64,000 nt of DNA. Source: a virus. Position numbers and translations under genes: made by a program. How positions within the stretch are numbered: position 1 is the first letter of the stretch; each line of letters opens with the position of its first letter. The notes under the pieces were generated by a model. It worked only from the letters and a program-made list of their open reading frames with translations. It ran no database searches and had not been told where the DNA came from. Location of the stretch: positions 96,862 through 160,861 of IMG/VR virus record IMGVR_UViG_3300025687_000001, one strand, 5' to 3'. This document shows, piece after piece, positions 41,793 through 50,059 of this stretch.

Positions 41793-43123
41793 CCCAACCG
41801 ACTACAAGCTTCCCCTCAACCTGGTAACAGCGCAAGCAGCGCTAGCAGCGTGTGGCTGGGAACCACACCTCTATCCTCGAGAGCCAATAGGCCAAGAGGA
41901 GCTAGTCTACTTTAGGATAAAGCAGCGGAATCCTTTCGCGGAGTTGCGGCTAAAGCTAAGCCTGGGCGATGACTGGTGCCGCATGTACTTCAGCGCTGTA
42001 TCGGACTTCCGAGGCCAGCCACCTAACTCGTACCAGCAGTACGCCTCCACAGAGAGGGTGGCTCACAGTATGGCGGAGTTTGTAGCGCACGCCACGCGCG
42101 TACCGCACGAGTACCTCTATGAGGGAAAGTATGTCAAAAACGTCCGTTGACCACCAAACCGCCCTGCTTGCACTGTCCTTGCACGGCTGGGAGACAGTAG
42201 AGCTCTCCAACGGAGGTAAATACCAACACCGTTTCGTGGGGGGCCAATACTACACGGTTAGCGTGGTCTCCCCGACCGCGCATCCAGGTCTCATGGAAGT
42301 CTTTGTTAGCAGCGCGACTAGGCTGTCTTCGAGGGCCGTTGACCTCGTAGCTCATGCTACGGTCTACAGTATCCCCGAGCTTCTAGGAACCACCGCCAAA
42401 AACCTAGAGGAGCACCGCCAAAAACCTAGAGGAGCACCTACATGAATGAGAACACAACCAGTGCTAGACGCGTAGGACTGACTCCTCTTTTAGCTCGCTT
42501 AGCCTGGTACTACGCGAAAAAGGGAGAGGGTCAGTACTACATCGACCACAAGGAATACGACAACGTCGTGGTGTCTCAGCGCTACGATTGGACCGTCGTA
42601 GACGGCGTGGGCCAGGGCTGCCTAGAAGTTTCGTTTCGCCTCGGTAGGGAGAAAATTCGTAGTATTGAGCTAGGTGTACACATTGTTGGGGCGAGAGGGG
42701 AGCCTCTAGTCCGGGAAACGTAGCGCAATGGGTGTTGTGGCTTTTACAGTGCCGATCCTCTCTAGGATTTCCCACAACACTGCGCTGATGGACCTCTTCC
42801 TGGACATGGACCGGGACTTTCAGCTAGACCAGTTGCTCATAGCCGACCGCTACAAAAACGGCGTACTCAAGCTAGTACAGCTCCACAAGGAGCGGTTTGG
42901 GACGCAGGATGGCTGCACGCGTGACAGCCAGAATAAACTGCACTACTGGTGGTTTACGGACAGCGGATGCGTTGTTTACGTCAACAACCACCACGGCATC
43001 GACTTCCAGGTGCCTGCCTCCATGACCGCAGAAGAAGCCTTCGACGCCTGGCAGCGCTACCGGAGTCAGGTAGTTTGCTTGATTGGTGACGAGGATGGCG
43101 GGGACCCTGACTGGGTCAGCTGA
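41776..43123 (+). CDS. Two further array-type paralogs (41776-42150, 42131-42445) and two hypotheticals (42442-42723, 42728-43123)
   Basis: AACGW...SMAEF and SLHGW...SIPELL motifs. Confidence 0.55.
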
Positions 43124-43126
43124 ACG

Positions 43127-43156
43127 CGCAAATCCGTAGTTAAATTCAGGCATAAG
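43127..43156 (+). promoter_or_regulatory. Bipartite phage promoter CGCAAAT-N15-GGCATAAG
   Basis: Same motif and spacing recur at 44170, 44917, 45282 and 46924. Confidence 0.7.
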
Positions 43157-43217
43157 TATATGCGCACCCGAAAACTACATATGGCCTTACTATGGCCGTG
43201 AGAAAGGATAAGTCGAC

Positions 43218-43451
43218 ATGGGCCTCGAAAGCCTGGAGTGCTGCGAGTACGACTTGGAGGGCCTGGTCAAGGACCCCGTCAAGGGTCTGACCCAGATCCT
43301 GGAGCTGGACTACGAGGTCCTCGGCGACCTCATTGAGGATCTCGAGTGGTGGCTCGAGAACCTCGAGGACGAGGAAATCCCCACCGCCAACAAGGTGTTC
43401 GCGGAGAGCCTGATCTCCGCGGCCCGTAAGCGCCGGGCGCAGCTCGCCTAA
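43218..43451 (+). CDS. Small acidic protein
   Basis: RBS aagga; D/E-rich, strongly GC3-biased codons. Confidence 0.65.
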   Translation: MGLESLECCEYDLEGLVKDPVKGLTQILELDYEVLGDLIEDLEWWLENLEDEEIPTANKVFAESLISAARKRRAQLA

Positions 43452-43454
43452 TCA

Positions 43455-43496
<42 letters not shown>

Positions 43497-43508
43497 GGAG
43501 GGCTTACT

Positions 43509-43928
43509 ATGCCTCGCCTCGCCTCGCCGGTCGTCGTGGAGTTCCACGACGACCACCGTGCCCAGTTGAACTCGGACATCTCGTCCGGAATCCTGTTTGT
43601 CGGCCTTCGGGCCGACAACCCCCACAAGATTTTCTTCCCGGGGTACGAGGGGGGACGCTTCTGTGTCAACCCCCTCTACCGCGGGGACAAGGGAGAGGTC
43701 CGACTCTCCCGCTGGTCGGTGGCCGGCGTCATCTCCCCTAAGGAGATGGACCGGCTGGTCTCGGGCGAGGTTCGCTGGGTCGCCCAGGGTGATTGGTTGT
43801 TCTTCCTAGCCAACAACCCCGCCACCCCCGAGCAGATCGGCAGAGCCCACGACAAATTCATGGACCACCACCACGGGCGGGGGGTCTCCGACGACCTCCC
43901 GCTGCTGATCGGTCTGGAACGCCGCTAG
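43509..43928 (+). CDS. Hypothetical protein
   Basis: Strong RBS, GC3-biased codons, followed by a terminator. Confidence 0.7.
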   Translation: MPRLASPVVVEFHDDHRAQLNSDISSGILFVGLRADNPHKIFFPGYEGGRFCVNPLYRGDKGEVRLSRWSVAGVISPKEMDRLVSGEVRWVAQGDWLFFLANNPATPEQIGRAHDKFMDHHHGRGVSDDLPLLIGLERR

Positions 43929-43980
43929 CCTTCGGGCTAGCGGCAGCGACGGGGGCTAACTACCCCCGCTCGTTTTTAGC
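43925..43980 (+). terminator. Double hairpin / intrinsic terminator
   Basis: ctagcc-ttcg-ggctag then cggggg/cccccg stem + tttttag. Confidence 0.65.
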
Positions 43981-44169
43981 TTCTACTTCCCCCCACTCCC
44001 ACGACCAGAAGAGCTCGCAGGGTAGACACTCGGACCAGGGAGCTTAGGCTTCTCGGCTTCTTCCTTCTTGCGCCGCTCACGTCGTACTTTACGCTCCCAT
44101 TCAATTAGCTCACCGAGGGACATCATGGGGTGAAGGAACTCCTGTTGTTGTGTGAGTAAAGTATATACA

Positions 44170-44199
44170 CGCAAATCGGCGGTGGGAAGATGGCATAAG
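44170..44199 (+). promoter_or_regulatory. Bipartite promoter
   Basis: cgcaaat-N15-ggcataag, GTG 5 nt downstream. Confidence 0.7.
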
Positions 44200-44204
44200 T
44201 ATAC

Positions 44205-44666
44205 GTGAAAGGAGGAAGCTTGCTGTCCGAGACTCTCTCGGCAGAGGCGGCTCTCCTGGTGCGCGCGGCTCTCCTCTCGAAGGAAGCAGTCCGCCCGTTC
44301 ACGGATCGGTACCGCCAGGCTTGCGCCTGGACGACCAAGGTCCGTAACGGGAGGGTGCTTACCCCCGAGGTGGAGCAGCGGCGGCTCGAGGGGCTTCTCC
44401 TCGAGGGCTTCTTGGCGGAGGTTCGTGACTTCGTCAAGGGGCTCGAGAGGGAGGCCGTTCGCCTGAGGGCTCTCGCGAGAGATGCCAAGAAGGCGGAGAC
44501 CGAGGCTGCCCGTAAGGCCTACGCCGAGGCTCACACCGACGACTCGCCCCGTAAGGGGCGCGTCCGCGGTGGGAACCGGGCGAAGGGCGGGTATCCGAGG
44601 TGGTCGAGCGCGGCGGTCGACCCGGTCATGTACGAGGCCGGGATCGTCGCCTGGCGGCGCCAGTAG
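44205..44666 (+). CDS. Hypothetical protein
   Basis: Follows the promoter; helical and basic. Confidence 0.55.
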   Translation: MKGGSLLSETLSAEAALLVRAALLSKEAVRPFTDRYRQACAWTTKVRNGRVLTPEVEQRRLEGLLLEGFLAEVRDFVKGLEREAVRLRALARDAKKAETEAARKAYAEAHTDDSPRKGRVRGGNRAKGGYPRWSSAAVDPVMYEAGIVAWRRQ

Positions 44667-44916
44667 GGTCCCTCTGGACCCGTACACGGCGGTTGTACGG
44701 CGTAGAGTGCACATGGCACGGAGGAGAAATTCCGTGTGAGGATGTGCTGAGCCAATTAGCGTTTGGCTCGGAAAAAGAAGGGGTGTACTCGCGTACAGCG
44801 AGAGTTCCCCCAAACGTAGGCGCCCAGGATGGGGGCCGGAGAGAAGAGGCTGTGCGAGTTCTTTGGGCAGAGCGCCTCTGCGGAACAACACCAAGTTCCG
44901 CCTTCTCTTTAGCCGG

Positions 44917-44946
44917 CACAAACCAGTAAGCCCTTTCGGGCATAAG
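44917..44946 (+). promoter_or_regulatory. Bipartite promoter
   Basis: cacaaac-N15-ggcataag, ATG 5 nt downstream. Confidence 0.65.
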
Positions 44947-44951
44947 ATAGT

Positions 44952-45290
44952 ATGAGCAAAGTAAAGCTCGCTCCCTCTAGGGGAGCAGAAACCATTAGAC
45001 TCCTCCTCGACGAGGAGTACGGCTACCGCTCCTGGGTGTGGGACAGCGGTATGTCAGCGAAGGAGCTGATCTCCTGGTGGAAGAACCTCCACTCGGTGAT
45101 GATCGGCTTCTTCGACCCCAGGAAGCTGCCCGGAAGCTTCATGGAGATCGAGGACAAGGTCTTCGATCAGTTGGACGTGGACCCGCGTTGGTGGCGGGGG
45201 CACATCCACACGGATGAGGACAGCTTCATCCGTGCGCCGATTGCAGAGGGGCATACCCTGTATCGGCACGCTGGCTACCGGCGGAAATAG
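44952..45290 (+). CDS. Hypothetical protein
   Basis: Follows the promoter; no RBS (possibly leaderless). Confidence 0.65.
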   Translation: MSKVKLAPSRGAETIRLLLDEEYGYRSWVWDSGMSAKELISWWKNLHSVMIGFFDPRKLPGSFMEIEDKVFDQLDVDPRWWRGHIHTDEDSFIRAPIAEGHTLYRHAGYRRK

Positions 45291-45311
45291 CCTGTCGTAT
45301 CCGGGCATAAG
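45282..45311 (+). promoter_or_regulatory. Bipartite promoter upstream of the candidate ncRNA
   Basis: cggaaat-N15-ggcataag. Confidence 0.65.
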
Positions 45312-45314
45312 TAT

Positions 45315-45715
45315 GTGAATCGCCAGAGCCCCTGGCTGAAACCACCACAGCCCCATGAGGCAACGCAAGGTGATAAACGCCTGCGAAGCCTGCACCTAGT
45401 ACGGCATGGGGTGGCCCGGGGACATGTGCGTAGCGCTGGCAAGGTGGGCACTCCGGTAAAGCTCTAGACCCCCGGATATCGCGGTGATACCCGCGCAGTA
45501 CTCTCAGTACTGGGGAGTTAATGGCAGAACTCCTATTGCTGAGCCCAAAAGGCGAGGCAGAGAGATTCCTAGTTTCGCGCAGTTCTGCCTGAACCAGCTG
45601 CGCCGAACCACGAACAGCGAGAATCCGGGAACACGAGAGGAGCCGCCTGCCGGCGTGACAGGCAGAGACGCGCGGACGCCCTGAGGCCCCAGGGAATAGC
45701 GTCTTTTTAGCTTTT
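45315..45715 (+). ncRNA. Candidate ~400-nt structured non-coding RNA
   Basis: Lies between a promoter and a terminator with no convincing ORF; many nested stems (ccccatg/catgggg, cagtact/agtactg, ggcagaact/agttctgcc). Confidence 0.55.
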
Positions 45716-45735
45716 ACCTGGCATAAGTAAGCACA

Positions 45736-46143
45736 ATGGGTGACTACATCCCTCTAGAAAACTGCGTAAAAGGGCGCCTCTACAAGCTCCACTCCCGCAA
45801 TCTCGCTGCTGGCGTTTTTGACGGTAAAAGGGGCTTTATTGGCATCCGAGAGAAGTTCGACCAGCGGTACTTGTTCACGGAGTACCACTGGGACAGCCCG
45901 GCGTTTGCAACGGCGAAACCTATAGAAGACCTAGGCGTAGACGTGCCTGAAGACATCCCCGTCCAGGAATCGCTGGGGAGCTTCGACCAGATCACGCAAC
46001 GCCCAACCGCTTTCGACAAGCCTGTCGCAGATGGTGGCAGGGGCTGGTACTTCACCGACACAGGCGAGGCCAGCCGGGACATCAGGTCCTACAGTAAAAG
46101 CAACGAAGAACTCTTCAAGTGGATACAAAGCACCACGTCATAG
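45736..46143 (+). CDS. Hypothetical protein
   Basis: Preceded by ggcataag; 135 aa. Confidence 0.65.
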   Translation: MGDYIPLENCVKGRLYKLHSRNLAAGVFDGKRGFIGIREKFDQRYLFTEYHWDSPAFATAKPIEDLGVDVPEDIPVQESLGSFDQITQRPTAFDKPVADGGRGWYFTDTGEASRDIRSYSKSNEELFKWIQSTTS

Positions 46144-46409
46144 CGACAGTTTTCACCTGTCCGCTATGCGAAGACACCATTGTTTCTCGAGCCACGCACG
46201 ACATGCACAGCTGCTCTTGTGGCGCTGTTAGCATCGACGGCGGGTTCGAGTACTTACGCGGAGCCTGGGACCCCAAGAGGGTCGAGATGCCCGAGGGGCG
46301 CAAGGTAAAGCTGCCCTATACCAAGAAAGAGCTTTACGAAGACTGGGCCAACGGGGCTGACAGGCTTGGAGTGTTCCCGAAGGGGACGGTGTTGGTGGAA
46401 GCCGATTAG
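46119..46409 (+). CDS. Small phage Zn-binding protein
   Basis: CPLCEDTIVSRATHDMHSCSCGAVSIDGGFEY. Confidence 0.7.
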   Translation: MDTKHHVIATVFTCPLCEDTIVSRATHDMHSCSCGAVSIDGGFEYLRGAWDPKRVEMPEGRKVKLPYTKKELYEDWANGADRLGVFPKGTVLVEAD

Positions 46410-46553
46410 TAAAATCGTCTACCAGGCATTAGGCCTGCCTATACATCTGGGTCCGCTGTCACGTTCGACGTCCCCCGCGATATCCTACTGTGGCTACTCG
46501 GCGTCCGCAGAGCGGATCCTGAGACGCCGTTTAACGATCTAAGGAGCAAGTGA

Positions 46554-46868
46554 TTGGAACTCCTCTACGACGGTAAGACCGTTGAGTTCGAAGACTTCGA
46601 TGGTGGGGAGGTCATCAAGATCAACCTCCACTTCGACGGCGAAGACGGCGAGGGCATCTGGGCGATGTTGCGCCCTGATGACCAGAAGGCCTACGACAAC
46701 GACGAGAGCGGCAAGCTCGTCGTCTGCTCCCTGCGAAACAAGAGCCTTCACGGCGTACCGTGGGGCGCGTTCATCCTGGCGGAGTTGCAGGGGTCGGGGC
46801 GTCCCTCGACCAACCTGAGTCTGATGGACGGGAAAATGCTGGTGAGCGAGCTAGCTCGCAAATCCTGA
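46554..46868 (+). CDS. Hypothetical protein
   Basis: RBS aaggag; GC3-biased. Confidence 0.65.
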   Translation: MELLYDGKTVEFEDFDGGEVIKINLHFDGEDGEGIWAMLRPDDQKAYDNDESGKLVVCSLRNKSLHGVPWGAFILAELQGSGRPSTNLSLMDGKMLVSELARKS

Positions 46869-46880
46869 CCCAGCCGGGGG

Positions 46881-46921
46881 AACTCCTGGGCCTGCGTGAG
46901 TAGGCCTGGGAGTTTCTTTAG
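46881..46921 (+). terminator. Intrinsic terminator
   Basis: aactcctgggcctgc/gtaggcctgggagtt stem + tctttag. Confidence 0.65.
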
Positions 46922-46923
46922 GT

Positions 46924-46953
46924 CGCAAATCCGGATAGCAAATCAGTCATAAG
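46924..46953 (+). promoter_or_regulatory. Bipartite promoter
   Basis: cgcaaat-N15-gtcataag. Confidence 0.65.
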
Positions 46954-46974
46954 TAAGTAAGCGCAACAATCTGG

Positions 46975-47295
46975 GTGCGCGCCTTTGTTTCAGCCACCAC
47001 CAACCATCAATGGGGAGGTACAATCTTGGCTCACGGAGCCTGCGAAGACTGTGTGTGCTCGCACGCCGAGTGTGAGTGCCCCACCGTCGTGGAGCACTTC
47101 GACGACTGGGACCCGGCCCGCGCGCGGGTCTTGGTGTCCCAGTTGGCAGGGTGCCCCTTCGAAGACGTCCTGGCCTTCCGGCCGGGGCGAGATGAGATCC
47201 TGGGGCTGCTCGGCAGCTTCAGGGTCAAGACCCGCACCTACTCCGTGGTGCGGACGCAGCGTGGGGTGGCCTGGAGGGGCCGGTCCAAGCTGTGA
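46975..47295 (+). CDS. Hypothetical Cys-containing protein
   Basis: Follows the promoter. Confidence 0.45.
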   Translation: MRAFVSATTNHQWGGTILAHGACEDCVCSHAECECPTVVEHFDDWDPARARVLVSQLAGCPFEDVLAFRPGRDEILGLLGSFRVKTRTYSVVRTQRGVAWRGRSKL

Positions 47296-47347
47296 GAGTC
47301 GGGAGCGCTGCGTAAACCCGCGCGGCGCTCCCGGTTCGTTTTTAGAC

Positions 47348-47728
47348 ATGAAGGTTTACGATTACTGGCGGGTGCACGCAGAGTTAGACCTGTGTGGGTT
47401 CCCTGCCAAGGACGTTTGGAAGGACGCCTACCATCTAGCGCGGTGGGTATGCAGAATTCCGTGTAAGAACGGGCAGTGGGTGCTCTCGGTATTAGCCGGG
47501 GCTAGCGTGTACTCCTCGCCCAGGGACTTGCTCAGAAACCCAGCTGAGTACTTTGACGTAGAGGTTGCTATCCTGCCCGGAGTAGAAAACCCCAATCAGG
47601 GCCAATGGGCGAGCCGTGCAGACTTACCGGATGCGCTCAAGACCCTTATGGAGCCTGGTGGAAATAAGGGCGTTCTACCCTATGTCTCCTGGGAAGACGT
47701 GCAGCGCATCTATGACTGGTTTGCTTAG
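47348..47728 (+). CDS. Hypothetical protein
   Basis: MKVYDYWR... start inside a longer ORF; converges on the structural operon. Confidence 0.5.
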   Translation: MKVYDYWRVHAELDLCGFPAKDVWKDAYHLARWVCRIPCKNGQWVLSVLAGASVYSSPRDLLRNPAEYFDVEVAILPGVENPNQGQWASRADLPDALKTLMEPGGNKGVLPYVSWEDVQRIYDWFA

Positions 47729-49863
47729 CAGGCGCTGCCTTCGTCACTGTGCCGAGTCACCACGCCCATGTCCTCGCCGAAAGCGGAGCCGGCTTCAACG
47801 TCAGCAGCGTCAACAGCACCCACGATGTTGAAAGCTGCGTCGAAGACCGGCTCCGCTCGGCCGTCCCCTCCGCCCTCTAGTAGGACGTCGACCTGGTACT
47901 GCAACTCCGGTGTGGACGAAGTGCTAGAACCAATGCCGAAGAGAGTTTGGAAGATGCGGTAAGTATCTAGAGCTGCTTGCATGCTGGCGTCCCCAGCGAG
48001 GAAAGCAAGGCCACCAACGGTATCTTCGTCTCCGAACTTTGGCACGCGGTTGTCGGCTACGAAGTCCGTGAAGCTAGTTTTTTCTAGCCTTTCGGAGAGG
48101 CGCTCGCTGAGCGAAGCGTCGCCGTCTACGGGAGTGGGATCATTTAAGTTGCTCGCTGGGGCGTTCTGGACGCTGTCTTTTAGCACGTCCACCATGAACG
48201 CGTTGCCTCCGAGACCAAAGAAGCTCAGAGCGTGGAACCCTGCGCTGATGTTGAAAAGGTCTCGGACCATTGCCAGAAGGGCGTTTAGACGACGAGCAAG
48301 TGCAACCCACTTTTCTACCTCCGCTACCATGGAACTTACCAAATCAGAGAACAGCCCAGCTGTATCAACGGGTAGGTCTAACAGCTGGTTAAGCACAACT
48401 CGCAGCTCGTCAATGAGAGCCACTAGCCCTGCTGGTAAGAAGTCTGATACGCGGCCGGAGACCCAGTCCGGCGGGATACCCCCAGAGCTGGCGCCCCTTT
48501 CTTTAGGTAGTAGCACGCTAACTGGCGCAGAGAGAACCTCTACCTCGAAATCTGAGGTGAGGCTGGAGCTTAGCTTTTTCTTGTAGACGCGGCCCACCCG
48601 GTAGACCCACGTGTCACCCGCGTCTCCGGGTACGAAGTCTTCGTCGATGTACGTTTTGGACCAGAGGTCGGTATCCACGCGCGTACGCTCGAATGCTGCT
48701 ACGGGCTTGCCTCGGTCGTGGAACTTAACAAAGTCAGCAATGCCAGCAGCCCACTCAGCGCTAGCAGGGCTAGCAGTGTTGAGATCTTTAGTAGCGTACA
48801 GGATGTCGCGCTGCGGCTGCCAGGCCGGATAGTACCCAGAGAGCTTGAAGCTCACTTTGGGGCGGTCCCAGTGAGCAGCAGTCTTAGGCGCGTCCGTGGC
48901 AGACGCCAGAGCTTCTACGCGCAGCCCGGTGGGTGCCGGAGGCAGATCTAGCCCAGCGTTGCTACCAATGAAGTCCCCAAAGAGCGCTAAGAGGTCTAGC
49001 CACTTCTGGTGCAGCAGGCCGAGGTCCGTGCCTCCGTACACAATGATGATGCCGCCAACCCAGGCGTTGGAGCTGAGCTGCGGGCGTTCCAGATCGTCGA
49101 CGTCATTAAGAGAAGCTTCAAAGGTGTCAATGAAGCCGTTCATCCCTCCCCGGGAGGCCGTCTTATTCGCAGCAGTAGGAACCACGCCAGCACTAATACG
49201 ATTACGTATGTCGCTAGCAGAAGTAGAGTAAGAAGATCCGATACCGAGTGCGGATCCGACAGCCTCTCGAAGATTGACCGTTGTGGCCTCAAGTTTGGCC
49301 ACGCGTTTGGCAGCGTCAGGTCCGGGCGGGGCCTGAAGAGGCACACTAAGTGCGTAAACACCTGTAGTACCAGTAAAGAGCCCCAGGACATCCTCAATCT
49401 CCGCCTTCACTGCGTTGACAATGGCCGACAGCGCATCAACGCGAGCGAGCTGCGCTGCCTCTATAAGCTTGAGGATTGTTAGTACTGCTTCAAGCAGGGA
49501 CTTAACGGTGTTGACAATGTCTGCCAACGCATCAACGCCAGAGGCAAAGGCGTTGGGCAGCTTCAAGCTCAGTCCGTCCCACCGCCACGCTGCTACTGTG
49601 CTGTCCAGCACACCCAGCGCAGCAGTGAGAGCGTCGCCAGTCTCGTCAGCGATTACGCCCTGCTCTGCATTGCTATTGGTTACGGCAGCGTAGTTACGGT
49701 ATTGAGCGACCTCGAGAGCACGTTTCTCCGTGGCCAGCAACACGTCGTCAACAGCGATGCCGAAGACAGGCTTCATCTGCTGGTCAAACCCCACCCGCTG
49801 GGACTGGTTGGTCGGGTAGGAGTTCTTGCCTACGTTGTCTGGTTTGTAGGGTCGGCGGGCCAT
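47725..49863 (-). CDS. Putative baseplate/tail-associated structural protein (helical repeats + FN3-like segment)
   Basis: 712 aa, downstream of the spike gene; PPAPTGL...YRVG Ig/FN3-like insert between amphipathic helices. Confidence 0.55.
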   Translation of the reverse strand: MARRPYKPDNVGKNSYPTNQSQRVGFDQQMKPVFGIAVDDVLLATEKRALEVAQYRNYAAVTNSNAEQGVIADETGDALTAALGVLDSTVAAWRWDGLSLKLPNAFASGVDALADIVNTVKSLLEAVLTILKLIEAAQLARVDALSAIVNAVKAEIEDVLGLFTGTTGVYALSVPLQAPPGPDAAKRVAKLEATTVNLREAVGSALGIGSSYSTSASDIRNRISAGVVPTAANKTASRGGMNGFIDTFEASLNDVDDLERPQLSSNAWVGGIIIVYGGTDLGLLHQKWLDLLALFGDFIGSNAGLDLPPAPTGLRVEALASATDAPKTAAHWDRPKVSFKLSGYYPAWQPQRDILYATKDLNTASPASAEWAAGIADFVKFHDRGKPVAAFERTRVDTDLWSKTYIDEDFVPGDAGDTWVYRVGRVYKKKLSSSLTSDFEVEVLSAPVSVLLPKERGASSGGIPPDWVSGRVSDFLPAGLVALIDELRVVLNQLLDLPVDTAGLFSDLVSSMVAEVEKWVALARRLNALLAMVRDLFNISAGFHALSFFGLGGNAFMVDVLKDSVQNAPASNLNDPTPVDGDASLSERLSERLEKTSFTDFVADNRVPKFGDEDTVGGLAFLAGDASMQAALDTYRIFQTLFGIGSSTSSTPELQYQVDVLLEGGGDGRAEPVFDAAFNIVGAVDAADVEAGSAFGEDMGVVTRHSDEGSAC

Positions 49864-50049
49864 TTACTTAAGTTTAGTTTCCGCCTTCTTCAGCTCCAAC
49901 CTTGCCTGCTCCACCAGCTGAGTAATCCTGCCAGCCATGGCCTTCTGGATGACCTCGTTGGCCTTCTCTAGTGACTGGAGGGCGGGGGAGTCAAAGCCGT
50001 CCGGATTCTTGGTCCACTTAGCGTCTTCTACGGGGATTTTGGGGGTCAA
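49864..50049 (-). CDS. Small hypothetical protein
   Basis: RBS aggag; fills the gap in the operon. Confidence 0.55.
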   Translation of the reverse strand: MTPKIPVEDAKWTKNPDGFDSPALQSLEKANEVIQKAMAGRITQLVEQARLELKKAETKLK

Positions 50050-50059
50050 GAGAAGTCTC

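Noticed and set aside
17531-42445. Diversity-generating retroelement as the driver of array variation
   Set aside because: No reverse transcriptase or template/variable repeat pair is visible in this window.
43983-44921. 312-aa minus-strand ORF
   Set aside because: Overlaps promoter-driven plus-strand cassettes; only its last ~47 codons might be real.
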